NCBI GenBank assembly: GCA_964057225.1
Contig: OZ059894.1
Span: 23,560,001 to 23,624,000 of the forward strand
DNA: 64,000 nt
Reading direction: 5' to 3'
From: Auanema rhodensis
Lineage: Eukaryota > Animalia > Nematoda
Shown: one piece after another, positions 12,839-29,016 of the stretch
Layout: each line of letters starts with the position of its first letter
How positions within the stretch are numbered: the stretch's first letter is position 1
Notes under the pieces: generated by a model
Seen by the model: the letters and a program-made list of their open reading frames with translations, nothing else
What the model was told of the DNA's origin: nothing
The model's database searches: none
Translations under genes and position numbers: made by a program

Positions 12839-14948
12839 AATTAGATTCCCCATGTCCATATTAGTTTAAACAAACTTTTATTGTTATTGGTTCAAGGTAA
12901 CCATGACTTTGAATTTTACGTGAACTTTAATTTATGATAATTAAATGTACACGTGATGTGCACTTGGTATGTAACTCGCTTCACGTGAAAGATAAAGAGA
13001 TGCGGTTTTCAAAATTAGATTCCCCATGTCCATATTAGTCTAAAAACAAATTTTTATTGATATTGGTTCATGGTAACCATGACTTTGAAATTTACGTGAA
13101 CTTTAATTTATGCTAATTAAATGTACACGTGATGTGCACTTGGTATGTAACTCGCTTCACGTGAAAGATAAAGAGATGCGGTTTTCAAAATTAGATTCCC
13201 CATGTCTATATTAGTCTAAAAACAAATTTTTATTGATATTGGTTCATGGTAACCATGACTTTGAAATTTACGTGAACTTTAATTTATGCTAATTAAATGT
13301 ACACGTGATGTGCACTTGGTATGTAACTCGCTTCACGTGAAAGATAAAGAGATGCGGTTTTCAAAATTAGATTCCCCATGTCCATATTAGTCTAAAAACA
13401 AATTTGTATTGATATTGGTTCATGGTAACCATGTCTTTGAAATTTACGTGAACTTTAATTTATGCTAATTAAATGTACACGTGATGTGCTCTTGGTATGT
13501 AACTCGCTTCACGTGAAAGATAAAAAGATGCGGTTTTCAAAATTAGATTCCCCATGTCCATATTAGTCTAAAAACAAATTTTTATTGATATTGGTTCATG
13601 GTAACCATGACTTTGAAATTTACGTGAACTTTAATTTATGCTAATTAAATGTACACGTGATGTGCACTTGGTATGTAACTCGCTTCACGTGAAAGATAAA
13701 GAGATGCGGTTTTCAAAATTAGATTCCCCATGTCCATTTTAGTCTAAAAACAAATTTTTATTGATATTGGTTCATGGTAACCATGACTTTGAAATTTACG
13801 TGAACTTTAATTTATGCTAATTAAATGTACACGTGATGTGCACTTGGTATGTAACTCGCTTCACGTGAAAGATAAAGAGATGCGGTTTTCAAAATTAGAT
13901 TCCCCATGTCCATATTAGTCTAAAAACAAATTTTTATTGATATTGGTGCATGGTAACCATGACTTTGAAATTTACGTGAACTTTAATTTATGCTAATTAA
14001 ATGTACACGTGATGTGCACTTGGTATGTAACTTGCTTCACGTGAAAGATAAAGAGATGCGGTTTTCAAAATTAGATTCCCCATGTCCATATTAGTCTAAA
14101 AACAAATTTTTATTGATATTGGTTCATGGTAACCATGACTTTGAAACTTACGTGAACTTTAATTTATGCTAATTAAATGTACACGTGATGTGCACTTGGT
14201 ATGTAACTCGCTTCACGTGAAAGATAAAGAGATGCGGTTTTCAAAATTAGATTCCCCATGTTCATATTAGTCTAAAAACAAATTTTTATTGATATTGGTG
14301 CATGGTAACCATGACTTTGAAATTTACGTGAACTTTAATTTATGCTAATTAAATGTACACGTGATGTGCACTTGGTATGTAACTCGCTTCACGTGAAAGA
14401 TAAAGAGATGCGGTTTTCAAAATTAGATTCCCCATGTCCATATTAGTCTAAAAACAAATTTTTATTGTTATTGGTTCATGGTAACCATGACTTTGAAATT
14501 TACGTGAACTTTAATTTATGCTAATTAAATGTACACGTGATGTGCACTTGGTATGTAACTCGCTTCACGTGAAAGATAAAGAGATGCGGTTTTCAAAATT
14601 AGATTCCCCATGTCCATATTAGTCTAAAAACAAATTTTTATTGATATTGGTTCATGGTAACCATGTCTTTGAAATTTACGTGAACTTTAATTTATGCTAA
14701 TTAAATGTACACGTGATGTGCACTTGGTATGTGACTCGCTTCACGTGAAAGATAAAGAGATGCGGTTTTCAAAATTAGATTCCCCATGTCCATATTAGTC
14801 TAAAAACAAATTTTTATTGATATTGGTTCATGGTAACCATGACTTTGAAATTTACGTGAACTTTAATTTATGCTAATTAAATGTACACGTGATGTGCACT
14901 TGGTATGTAACTCGCTTCACGTGAAAGATAAAGAGATGCGGTTTTCAA
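12839..14948. repeat. 12-monomer HOR unit (2110 bp), putative ancestral type
   Basis: Order: D, cons, T19, G42/T70/T126/A161, cons, ~cons, G56/T141, C79, T18/G56, T48, T70/G137, cons. The same order recurs at 48363-50472. Confidence 0.8.
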
Positions 14949-15650
14949 AATTAGATTCCCCATGTCCATATTAGTTTAAACAAACTTTTATTGTTATTGG
15001 TTCAAGGTAACCATGACTTTGAATTTTACGTGAACTTTAATTTATGCTAATTAAATGTACACGTGATGTGCACTTGGTATGTAACTCGCTTCACGTGAAA
15101 GATAAAGAGATGCGGTTTTCAAAATTAGATTCCCCATGTCCATATTAGTCTAAAAACAAATTTTTATTGATATTGGTTCATGGTAACCATGACTTTGAAA
15201 TTTACGTGAACTTTAATTTATGCTAATTAAATGTACACGTGATGTGCACTTGGTATGTAACTCGCTTCACGTGAAAGATAAAGAGATGCGGTTTTCAAAA
15301 TTAGATTCCCCATGTCCATATTAGTCTAAAAACAAATTTTTATTGATATTGGTTCATGGTAACCATGACTTTGAAATTTACGTGAACTTTAATTTATGCT
15401 AATTAAATGTACACGTGATGTGCACTTGGTATGTAACTCGCTTCACGTGAAAGATAAAGAGATGCGGTTTTCAAAATTAGATTCCCCATGTCCATATTAG
15501 TCTAAAAACAAATTTTTATTGATATTGGTTCATGGTAACCATGACTTTGAAATTTACGTGAACTTTAATTTATGCTAATTAAATGTACACGTGATGTGCA
15601 CTTGGTATGTAACTCGCTTCACGTGAAAGATAAAGAGATGCGGTTTTCAA

Positions 15651-17410
15651 AATTAGATTCCCCATGTCCATATTAGTCTAAAAACAAATTTTTATCGATA
15701 TTGGTTCATGGTAACCATGTCTTTGAAATTTACGTGAACTTTAATTTATGCTAATTAAATGTACACGTGATGTGCCCTTGGTATGTAACTCGCTTCACGT
15801 GAAAGATAAAGCGATGCGGTTTTCAAAATTAGATTCCCCATGTCCATATTAGTCTAAAAACAAATTTTTATTGATATTGGTTCATGGTAACCATGACTTT
15901 GAAATTTACGTGAACTTTAATTTATGCTAATTAAATGTACACGTGATGTGCACTTGGTATGTAACTCGCTTCACGTGAAAGATAAAGAGATGCGGTTTTC
16001 AAAATTAGATTCCCCATGTCCATATTAGTCTAAAAACAAATTTTTATTGATATTGGTTCATGGTAACCATGACTTTGAAATTTACGTGAACTTTAATTTA
16101 TGCTAATTAAATGTACACGTGATGTGCACTTGGTATGTAACTCGCTTCACGTGAAAGATAAAGAGATGCGGTTTTCAAAATTAGATTCCCCATGTCCATA
16201 TTAGTCTAAAAACAAATTTTTATTGATATTGGTTCATGGTAACCATGTCTTTGAAATTTACGTGAACTTTAATTTATGCTAATTAAATGTACACGTGATG
16301 TGCACTTGGTATGTAACTCGCTTCACGTGAAAGATAAAGAGATGCGGTTTTCAAAATTAGATTCCCCATGTCCATATTAGTCTAAAAACAAATTTTTATT
16401 GATATTGGTTCATGGTAACCATGACTTTGAAATTTACGTGAACTTTAATTTATGCTAATTAAATGTACACGTGATGTGCACTTGGTATGTAACTCGCTTC
16501 ACGTGAAAGATAAAGAGATGCGGTTTTCAAAATTAGATTCCCCATGTCCATATTAGTCTAAAAACAAATTTTTATCGATATTGGTTCATGGTAACCATGT
16601 CTTTGAAATTTACGTGAACTTTAATTTATGCTAATTAAATGTACACGTGATGTGCCCTTGGTATGTAACTCGCTTCACGTGAAAGATAAAGCGATGCGGT
16701 TTTCAAAATTAGATTCCCCATGTCCATATTAGTCTAAAAACAAATTTTTATTGATATTGGTTCATGGTAACCATGACTTTGAAATTTACGTGAACTTTAA
16801 TTTATGCTAATTAAATGTACACGTGATGTGCACTTGGTATGTAACTCGCTTCACGTGAAAGATAAAGAGATGCGGTTTTCAAAATTAGATTCCCCATGTC
16901 CATATTAGTCTAAAAACAAATTTTTATTGATATTGGTTCATGGTAACCATGACTTTGAAATTTACGTGAACTTTAATTTATGCTAATTAAATGTACACGT
17001 GATGTGCACTTGGTATGTAACTCGCTTCACGTGAAAGATAAAGAGATGCGGTTTTCAAAATTAGATTCCCCATGTCCATATTAGTCTAAAAACAAATTTT
17101 TATTGATATTGGTTCATGGTAACCATGTCTTTGAAATTTACGTGAACTTTAATTTATGCTAATTAAATGTACACGTGATGTGCACTTGGTATGTAACTCG
17201 CTTCACGTGAAAGATAAAGAGATGCGGTTTTCAAAATTAGATTCCCCATGTCCATATTAGTCTAAAAACAAATTTTTATTGATATTGGTTCATGGTAACC
17301 ATGACTTTGAAATTTACGTGAACTTTAATTTATGCTAATTAAATGTACACGTGATGTGCACTTGGTATGTAACTCGCTTCACGTGAAAGATAAAGAGATG
17401 CGGTTTTCAA
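15651..17410. repeat. Tandem duplication of a 5-monomer block (880 bp x2)
   Basis: A private monomer with T46C, A70T, A126C and A162C occurs only at 15651 and 16531 (offset 880). An A70T monomer follows three units later in both copies. Confidence 0.9.
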
Positions 17411-20400
17411 AATTAGATTCCCCATGTCCATATTAGTCTAAAAACAAATTTTTATTGATATTGGTTCATGGTAACCATGACTTTGAAATTTACGTGAACT
17501 TTAATTTATGCTAATTAAATGTACACGTGATGTGCACTTGGTATGTAACTCGCTTCACGTGAAAGATAAAGAGATGCGGTTTTCAAAATTAGATTCCCCA
17601 TGTCTATATTAGTCTAAAAACAAATTTTTATTGATATTGGTTCATGGTAACCATGACTTTGAAATTTACGTGAACTTTAATTTATGCTAATTAAATGTAC
17701 ACGTGATGTGCACTTGGTATGTAACTCGCTTCACGTGAAAGATAAAGTGATGCGGTTTTCAAAATTAGATTCCCCATGTCCATATTAGTTTAAACAAACT
17801 TTTATTGTTATTGGTTCAAGGTAACCATGACTTTGAATTTTACGTGAACTTTAATTTATGCTAATTAAATGTACACGTGATGTGCACTTGGTATGTAACT
17901 CGCTTCACGTGAAAGATAAAGAGATGCGGTTTTCAAAATTAGATTCCCCATGTCCATATTAGTCTAAAAACAAATTTTTATTGATATTGGTTCATGGTAA
18001 CCATGACTTTGAAATTTACGTGAACTTTAATTTATGCTAATTAAATGTACACGTGATGTGCACTTGGTATGTAACTCGCTTCACGTGAAAGATAAAGAGA
18101 TGCGGTTTTCAAAATTAGATTCCCCATGTCTATATTAGTCTAAAAACAAATTTTTATTGATATTGGTTCATGGTAACCATGACTTTGAAATTTACGTGAA
18201 CTTTAATTTATGCTAATTAAATGTACACGTGATGTGCACTTGGTATGTAACTCGCTTCACGTGAAAGATAAAGAGATGCGGTTTTCAAAATTAGATTCCC
18301 CATGTCCATATTAGTCTAAAAACAAATTTTTATTGATATTGGTTCATGGTAACCATGACTTTGAAATTTACGTGAACTTTAATTTATGCTAATTAAATGT
18401 ACACGTGATGGGCACTTGGTATGTAACTCGCTTCACGTGAAAGATAAAGAGATGCGGTTTTCAAAATTAGATTCCCCATGTCCATATTAGTCTAAAAACA
18501 AATTTTTATTGATATTGGTTCATGGTAACCATGACTTTGAAATTTACGTGAACTTTAATTTATGCTAATTAAATGTACACGTGATGTGCACTTGGTATGT
18601 AACTCGCTTCACGTGAAAGATAAAGAGATGCGGTTTTCAAAATTAGATTCCCCATGTCCATATTAGTCTAAAAACAAATTTTTATTGATATTGGTTCATG
18701 GTAACCATGACTTTGAAATTTACGTGAACTTTAATTTATGCTAACTAAATGTACACGTGATGTGCACTTGGTATGTAACTCGCTTCACGTGAAAGATAAA
18801 GAGATGCGGTTTTCAAAATTAGATTCCCCATGTCCATATTAGTCTAAAAACAAATTTTTATTGATATTGGTGCATGGTAACCATGACTTTGAAATTTACG
18901 TGAACTTTAATTTATGCTAATTAAATGTACACGTGATGTGCACTTGGTATGTAACTTGCTTCACGTGAAAGATAAAGAGATGCGGTTTTCAAAATTAGAT
19001 TCCCCATGTCCATATTAGTCTAAAAACAAATTTTTTTTGTTATTGGTTCATGGTAACCATGACTTTGAAATTTACGTGAACTTTAATTTATGCTAATTAA
19101 ATGTACACGTGATGTGCACTTGGTATGTAACTCGCTTCACGTGAAAGATAAAGAGATGCGGTTTTCAAAATTAGATTCCCCATGTCCATATTAGTCTAAA
19201 AACAAATTTTTATTGTTATTGGTTCATGGTAACCATGACTTTGAAATTTACGTGAACTTTAATTTATGCTAATTAAATGTACACGTGATGTGCACTTGGT
19301 ATGTAACTCGCTTCACGTGAAAGATAAAGAGATGCGGTTTTCAAAATTAGATTCCCCATGTCTATATTAGTCTAAAAACAAATGTTTATTGATATTGGTT
19401 CATGGTAACCATGACTTTGAAATTTACGTGAACTTTAATTTATGCTAATTAAATGTACACGTGATGTGCACTTGGTATGTAACTCGCTTCACGTGAAAGA
19501 TAAAGAGATGCGGTTTTCAAAATTAGATTCCCCATGTCCATATTAGTCTAAAAACAAATTTTTATTGATATTGGTTCATGGTAACCATGACTTTGAAATT
19601 TACGTGAACTTTAATTTATGCTAATTAAATGTACACGTGATGTGCACTTGGTATGTAACTCGCTTCACGTGAAAGATAAAGAGATGCGGTTTTCAAAATT
19701 AGATTCCCCATGTCCATATTAGTCTAAAAACAAATTTTTATTGATATTGGTTCATGGTAACCATGTCTTTGAAATTTACGTCAACTTTAATTTATGCTAA
19801 TTAAATGTACACGTGATGTGCACTTGGTATGTGACTCGCTTCACGTGAAAGATAAAGAGATGCGGTTTTCAAAATTAGATTCCCCATGTCCATATTAGTC
19901 TAAAAACAAATTTTTATTGATATTGGTTCATGGTAACCATGACTTTGAAATTTACGTGAACTTTAATTTATGCTAATTAAATGTACACGTGATGTGCACT
20001 TGGTATGTAACTCGCTTCACGTGAAAGATAAAGAGATGCGGTTTTCAAACTTAGATTCCCCATGTCCATATTAGTTTAAACAAACTTTTATTGTTATTGG
20101 TTCAAGGTAACCATGACTTTGAATTTTACGTGAACTTTAATTTATGCTAATTAAATGTACACGTGATGTGCACTTGGTATGTAACTCGCTTCACGTGAAA
20201 GATAAAGAGATGCGGTTTTCAAAATTAGATTCCCCATGTCCATATTAGTCTAAAAACAAATTTTTATTGATATTGGTTCATGGTAACCATGACTTTGAAA
20301 TTTACGTGAACTTTAATTTATGCTAATTAAATGTACACGTGATGTGCACTTGGTATGTAACTCGCTTCACGTGAAAGATAAAGAGATGCGGTTTTCAAAA

Positions 20401-23400
20401 TTAGATTCCCCATGTCTATATTAGTCTAAAAACAAATTTTTATTGATATTGGTTCATGGTAACCATGACTTTGAAATTTACGTGAACTTTAATTTATGCT
20501 AATTAAGTGTACACGTGATGTGCACTTGGTATGTAACTCGCTTCACGTGAAAGATAAAGAGATGCGGTTTTCAAAATTAGATTCCCCATGTCCATATTAG
20601 TCTAAAAACAAATTTGTATTGATATTGGTTCATGGTAACCATGACTTTGAAATTTACGTGAACTTTAATTTATGCTAATTAAATGTACACGTGATGTGCA
20701 CTTGGTATGTAACTCGCTTCACGTGAAAGATAAAGAGATGCGGTTTTCAAAATTAGATTCCCCATGTCCATATTAGTCTAAAAACAAATTTTTATTGATA
20801 TTGGTTCATGGTAACCATGTCTTTGAAATTTACGTGAACTTTAATTTATGCTAATTAAATGTACACGTGATATGCACTTGGTATGTAACTCGCTTCACGT
20901 GAAAGATAAAGAGATGCGGTTTTCAAAATTAGATTCCCCATGTCCATATTAGTCTAAAAACAAATTTTTATTGTTATTGGTTCATGGTAACCATGACTTT
21001 GAAATTTACGTGAACTTTAATTTATGCTAATTAAATGTACACGTGATGTGCACTTGGTATGTAACTCGCTTCACGTGAAAGATAAAGAGATGCGGTTTTC
21101 AAAATTAGATTCCCCATGTCCATATTAGTCTAAAAACAAATTTTTATTGATATTGGTTCATGGTAACCATGTCTTTGAAATTTACGTGAACTTTAATTTA
21201 TGCTAATTAAATGTACACGTGATGTGCACTTGGTATGTGACTCGCTTCACGTGAAAGATAAAGAGATGCGGTTTTCAAAATTAAATTCCCCATGTCCATA
21301 TTAGTCTAAAAACAAATTTTTATTGATATTGGTTCATGGTAACCATGACTTTGAAATTTACGTGAACTTTAATTTATGCTAATTAAATGTACACGTGATG
21401 TGCACTTGGTATGTAACTCGCTTCACGTGAAAGATAAAGAGATGCGGTTTTCAAACTTAGATTCCCCATGTCCATATTAGTTTAAACAAACTTTTATTGT
21501 TATTGGTTCAAGGTAACCATGACTTTGAATTTTACGTGAACTTTAATTTATGCTAATTAAATGTACACGTGATGTGCACTTGGTATGTAACTCGCTTCAC
21601 GTGAAAGATAAAGAGATGCGGTTTTCAAAATTAGATTCCCCATGTCCATATTAGTCTAAAAACAAATTTTTATTGATATTGGTTCATGGTAACCATGACT
21701 TTGAAATTTACGTGAACTTTAATTTATGCTAATTAAATGTACACGTGATGTGCACTTGGTATGTAACTCGCTTCACGTGAAAGATAAAGAGATGCGGTTT
21801 TCAAAATTAGATTCCCCATGTCTATATTAGTCTAAAAACAAATTTTTATTGATATTGGTTCATGGTAACCATGACTTTGAAATTTACGTGAACTTTAATT
21901 TATGCTAATTAAATGTACACGTGATGTGCACTTGGTATGTAACTCGCTTCACGTGAAAGATAAAGAGATGCGGTTTTCAAAATTAGATTCCCCATGTCCA
22001 TATTAGTCTAAAAACAAATTTTTATTGATATTGGTTCATGGTAACCATGTCTTTGAAATTTACGTGAACTTTAATTTATGCTAATTAAATGTACACGTGA
22101 TGTGCACTTGGTATGTAACTCGCTTCACGTGAAAGATAAAGAGATGCGGTTTTCAAAATTAGATTCCCCATGTCCATATTAGTCTAAAAACAAATTTTTA
22201 TTGATATTGGTTCATGGTAACCATGACTTTGAAATTTACGTGAACTTTAATTTATGCTAATTAAATGTACACGTGATGTGCACTTGGTATGTAACTCGCT
22301 TCACGTGAAAGATAAAGAGATGCGGTTTTCAAAATTAGATTCCCCATGTCCATATTAGTCTAAAAACAAATTTTTATTGATATTGGTTCATGGTAACCAT
22401 GACTTTGAAATTTACGTGAACTTTAATTTATGCTAACTAAATGTACACGTGATGTGCACTTGGTATGTAACTCGCTTCACGTGAAAGATAAAGAGATGCG
22501 GTTTTCAAAATTAGATTCCCCATGTCCATATTAGTCTAAAAACAAATTTTTATTGATATTGGTGCATGGTAACCATGACTTTGAAATTTACGTGAACTTT
22601 AATTTATGCTAATTAAATGTACACGTGATGTGCACTTGGTATGTAACTTGCTTCACGTGAAAGATAAAGAGATGCGGTTTTCAAAATTAGATTCCCAATG
22701 TCCATATTAGTCTAAAAACAAATTTTTATTGATATTGGTGCATGGTAACCATGACTTTGAAATTTACGTGAACTTTAATTTATGCTAATTAAATGTACAC
22801 GTGATGTGCACTTGGTATGTAACTCGCTTCACGTGAAAGATAAAGAGATGCGGTTTTCAAAATTAAATTCCCCATGTCCATATTAGTCTAAAAACAAATT
22901 TTTATTGATATTGGTTCATGGTAACCATGTCTTTGAAATTTACGTGAACTTTAATTTATGCTAATTAAATGTACACGTGATGTGCACTTGGTATGTAACT
23001 CGCTTCACGTGAAAGATAAAGAGATGCGGTTTTCAAAATTAGATTCCCCATGTCCATATTAGTCTAAAAACAAATTTTTATTGATATTGGTTCATGGTAA
23101 CCATGACTTTGAAATTTACGTGAACTTTAATTTATGCTAATTAAATGTACACGTGATGTGCACTTGGTATGTAACTCGCTTCACGTGAAAGATAAAGAGA
23201 TGCGGTTTTCAAAATTAGATTCCCCATGTCCATATTAGTCTAAAAACAAATTTTTATTGTTATTGGTTCATGGTAACCATGACTTTGAAATTTACGTGAA
23301 CTTTAATTTATGCTAATTAAATGTACACGTGATGTGCACTTGGTATGTAACTCGCTTCACGTGAAAGATAAAGAGATGCGGTTTTCAAAATTAGATTCCC

Positions 23401-24268
23401 CATGTCTATATTAGTCTAAAAACAAATGTTTATTGATATTGGTTCATGGTAACCATGACTTTGAAATTTACGTGAACTTTAATTTATGCTAATTAAATGT
23501 ACACGTGATGTGCACTTGGTATGTAACTCGCTTCACGTGAAAGATAAAGAGATGCGGTTTTCAAAATTAGATTCCCCATGTCCATATTAGTCTAAAAACA
23601 AATTTTTATTGATATTGGTTCATGGTAACCATGTCTTTGAAATTTACGTGAACTTTAATTTATGCTAATTAAATGTACACGTGATATGCACTTGGTATGT
23701 AACTCGCTTCACGTGAAAGATAAAGAGATGCGGTTTTCAAAATTAGATTCCCCATGTCCATATTAGTCTAAAAACAAATTTTTATTGTTATTGGTTCATG
23801 GTAACCATGACTTTGAAATTTACGTGAACTTTAATTTATGCTAATTAAATGTACACGTGATGTGCACTTGGTATGTAACTCGCTTCACGTGAAAGATAAA
23901 GAGATGCGGTTTTCAAAATTAGATTCCCCATGTCCATATTAGTCTAAAAACAAATTTTTATTGATATTGGTTCATGGTAACCATGTCTTTGAAATTTACG
24001 TGAACTTTAATTTATGCTAATTAAATGTACACGTGATGTGCACTTGGTATGTGACTCGCTTCACGTGAAAGATAAAGAGATGCGGTTTTCAAAATTAGAT
24101 TCTCCATGTCCATATTAGTCTGAAAACAAATTTTTATTGATATTGGTTCATGGTAACCATGACTTTGAAATTTACGTGAACTTTAATTTATGCTAATTAA
24201 ATGTACACGTGATGTGCACTTGGTATGTAACTCGCTTCACGTGAAAGATAAAGAGATGCGGTTTTCAA

Positions 24269-25674
24269 AATTAGATTCCCCATGTCCATATTAGTTTAAA
24301 CAAACTTTTATTGTTATTGGTTCAAGGTAACCATGACTTTGAATTTTACGTGAACTTTAATTTATGCTAATTAAATGTACACGTGATGTGCACTTGGTAT
24401 GTAACTCGCTTCACGTGAAAGATAAAGAGATGCGGTTTTCAAAATTAGATTCCCCATGTCCATATTAGTCTAAAAACAAATTTTTATTGATATTGGTTCA
24501 TGGTAACCATGACTTTGAAATTTACGTGAACTTTAATTTATGCTAATTAAATGTACACGTGATGTGCACTTGGTATGTAACTCGCTTCACGTGAAAGATA
24601 AAGAGATGCGGTTTTCAAAATTAGATTCCCCATGTCTATATTAGTCTAAAAACAAATTTTTATTGATATTGGTTCATGGTAACCATGACTTTGAAATTTA
24701 CGTGAACTTTAATTTATGCTAATTAAATGTACACGTGATGTGCACTTGGTATGTAACTCGCTTCACGTGAAAGATAAAGAGATGCGGTTTTTAAAATTAG
24801 ATTCCCCATGTCCATATTAGTCTAAAAACAAATTTTTATTGATATTGGTTCATGGTAACCATGTCTTTGAAATTTACGTGAACTTTAATTTATGCTAATT
24901 AAATGTACACGTGATGTGCACTTGGTATGTAACTCGCTTCACGTGAAAGATAAAAAGATGCGGTTTTCAAAATTAGATTCCCCATGTCCATATTAGTCTA
25001 AAAACAAATTTTTATTGATATTGGTTCATGGTAACCATGACTTTGAAATTTACGTGAACTTTAATTTATGCTAATTAAATGTACACGTGATGTGCACTTG
25101 GTATGTAACTCGCTTCACGTGAAAGATAAAGAGATGCGGTTTTCAAAATTAGATTCCCCATGTCCATATTAGTCTAAAAACAAATTTTTATTGATATTGG
25201 TTCATGGTAACCATGACTTTGAAATTTACGTGAACTTTAATTTATGCTAATTAAATGTACACGTGATGTGCACTTGGTATGTAACTCGCTTCACGTGAAA
25301 GATAAAGAGATGCGGTTTTCAAAATTAGATTCCCCATGTCCATATTAGTCTAAAAACAAATTTTTATTGATATTGGTGCATGGTAACCATGACTTTGAAA
25401 TTTACGTGAACTTTAATTTATGCTAATTAAATGTACACGTGATGTGCACTTGGTATGTAACTTGCTTCACGTGAAAGATAAAGAGATGCGGTTTTCAAAA
25501 TTAGATTCCCCATGTCCATATTAGTCTAAAAACAAATTTTTATTGATATTGGTTCATGGTAACCATGACTTTGAAACTTACGTGAACTTTAATTTATGCT
25601 AATTAAATGTACACGTGATGTGCACTTGGTATGTAACTCGCTTCACGTGAAAGATAAAGAGATGCGGTTTTCAA
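24269..25674. repeat. 8-monomer HOR unit (1406 bp)
   Basis: Order: D, cons, T19, T70/A161, cons, cons, G56/T141, C79, then the next D at 25675. Confidence 0.8.
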
Positions 25675-28600
25675 AATTAGATTCCCCATGTCCATATTAG
25701 TTTAAACAAACTTTTATTGTTATTGGTTCAAGGTAACCATGACTTTGAATTTTACGTGAACTTTAATTTATGCTAATTAAATGTACACGTGATGTGCACT
25801 TGGTATGTAACTCGCTTCACGTGAAAGATAAAGAGATGCGGTTTTCAAAATTAGATTCCCCATGTCCATATTAGTCTAAAAACAAATTTTTATTGATATT
25901 GGTTCATGGTAACCATGACTTTGAAATTTACGTGAACTTTAATTTATGCTAATTAAATGTACACGTGATGTGCACTTGGTATGTAACTCGCTTCACGTGA
26001 AAGATAAAGAGATGCGGTTTTCAAAATTAGATTCCCCATGTCTATATTAGTCTAAAAACAAATTTTTATTGATATTGGTTCATGGTAACCATGACTTTGA
26101 AATTTACGTGAACTTTAATTTATGCTAATTAAATGTACACGTGATGTGCACTTGGTATGTAACTCGCTTCACGTGAAAGATAAAGAGATGCGGTTTTCAA
26201 AATTAGATTCCCCATGTCCATATTAGTCTAAAAACAAATTTTTATTGATATTGGTTCATGGTAACCATGACTTTGAAATTTACGTGAACTTTAATTTATG
26301 CTAATTAAATGTACACGTGATGTGCACTTGGTATGTAACTCGCTTCACGTGAAAGATAAAGAGATGCGGTTTTCAAAATTAGATTCCCCATGTCCATATT
26401 AGTCTAAAAACAAATTTTTATTGATATTGGTGCATGGTAACCATGACTTTGAAATTTACGTGAACTTTAATTTATGCTAATTAAATGTACACGTGATGTG
26501 CACTTGGTATGTAACTTGCTTCACGTGAAAGATAAAGAGATGCGGTTTTCAAAATTAGATTCCCCATGTCCATATTAGTCTAAAAACAAATTTTTATTGA
26601 TATTGGTTCATGGTAACCATGACTTTGAACTTTACGTGAACTTTAATTTATGCTAATTAAATGTACACGTGATGTGCACTTGGTATGTAACTCGCTTCAC
26701 GTGAAAGATAAAGAGATGCGGTTTTCAAAATTAGATTCCCCATGTCCATATTAGTCTAAAAACAAATTTTTATTGATATTGGTTCATGGTAACCATGTCT
26801 TTGAAATTTACGTGAACTTTAATTTATGCTAATTAAATGTACACGTGATGTGCACTTGGTATGTAACTCGCTTCACGTGAAAGATAAAAAGATGCGGTTT
26901 TCAAAATTAGATTCCCCATGTCCATATTAGTCTAAAAACAAATTTTTATTGATATTGGTTCATGGTAACCATGACTTTGAAACTAACGTGAACTTTAATT
27001 TATGCTAATTAAATGTACACGTGATGTGCACTTGGTATGTAACTCGCTTCACGTGAAAGATAAAGAGATGCGGTTTTCAAAATTAGATTCCCCATGTCCA
27101 TATTAGTCTAAAAACAAATTTTTATTGATATTGGTTCATGGTAACCATGTCTTTGAAATTTACGTGAACTTTAATTTATGCTAATTAAATGTACACGTGA
27201 TGTGCACTTGGTATGTAACTCGCTTCACGTGAAAGATAAAAAGATGCGGTTTTCGAAATTAGATTCCCCATGTCCATATTAGTCTAAAAACAAATTTTTA
27301 TTGATATTGGTTCATGGTAACCATGACTTTGAAATTTACGTGAACTTTAATTTATGCTAATTAAATGTACACGTGATGTGCACTTGGTATGTAACTCGCT
27401 TCACGTGAAAGATAAAGAGATGCGGTTTTCAAAATTAGATTCCCCATGTCCATATTAGTCTAAAAACAAATTTTTATTGATATTGGTTCATGGTAACCAT
27501 GACTTTGAAATTTACGTGAACTTTAATTTATGCTAATTAAATGTACACGTGATGTGCACTTGGTATGTAACTCGCTTCACGTGAAAGATAAAGAGATGCG
27601 GTTTTCAAAATTAGATTCCCCATGTCCATATTAGTCTAAAAACAAATTTTTATTGATATTGGTGCATGGTAACCATGACTTTGAAATTTACGTGAACTTT
27701 AATTTATGCTAATTAAATGTACACGTGATGTGCACTTGGTATGTAACTTGCTTCACGTGAAAGATAAAGAGATGCGGTTTTCAAAATTAGATTCCCCATG
27801 TCCATATTAGTCTAAAAACAAATTTTTATTGATATTGGTTCATGGTAACCATGACTTTGAAACTTACGTGAACTTTAATTTATGCTAATTAAATGTACAC
27901 GTCATGTGCACTTGGTATGTAACTCGCTTCACGTGAAAGATAAAGAGATGCGGTTTTCAAAATTAGATTCCCCATGTCCATATTAGTCTAAAAACAAATT
28001 TTTATTGATATTGGTTCATGGTAACCATGTCTTTGAAATTTACGTGAACTTTAATTTATGCTAATTAAATGTACACGTGATGTGCACTTGGTATGTAACT
28101 CGCTTCACGTGAAAGATAAAGAGATGCGGTTTTCAAAATTAGATTCCTCATGTCCATATTAGTCTAAAAACAAATTTTTATTGATATTGGTGCATGGTAA
28201 CCATGACTTTGAAATTTACGTGAACTTTAATTTATGCTAATTAAATGTACACGTGATGTGCACTTGGTATGTAACTCGCTTCACGTGAAAGATAAAGAGA
28301 TGCGGTTTTCAAAATTAGATTCCCCATGTCCATATTAGTCTAAAAACAAATTTTTATTGATATTGGTTCATGGTAACCATGACTTTGAAATTTACGTGAA
28401 CTTTAATTTATGCTAATTAAATGTACACGTGATGTGCACTTGGTATGTAACTCGCTTCACGTGAAAGATAAAGAGATGCGGTTTTCAAAATTAGATTCCC
28501 CATGTCCATATTAGTCTAAAAACAAATTTTTATTGATATTGGTGCATGGTAACCATGACTTTGAAATTTACGTGAACTTTAATTTATGCTAATTAAATGT

Positions 28601-29016
28601 ACACGTGATGTGCACTTGGTATGTAACTTGCTTCACGTGAAAGATAAAGAGATGCGGTTTTCAAAATTAGATTCCCCATGTCCATATTAGTCTAAAAACA
28701 AATTTTTATTGATATTGGTTCATGGTAACCATGACTTTGAACTTTACGTGAACTTTAATTTATGCTAATTAAATGTACACGTGATGTGCACTTGGTATGT
28801 AACTCGCTTCACGTGAAAGATAAAGAGATGCGGTTTTCAAAATTAGATTCCCCATGTCCATATTAGTCTAAAAACAAATTTTTATTGATATTGGTTCATG
28901 GTAACCATGTCTTTGAAATTTACGTGAACTTTAATTTATGCTAATTAAATGTACACGTGATGTGCACTTGGTATGTAACTCGCTTCACGTGAAAGATAAA
29001 AAGATGCGGTTTTCAA

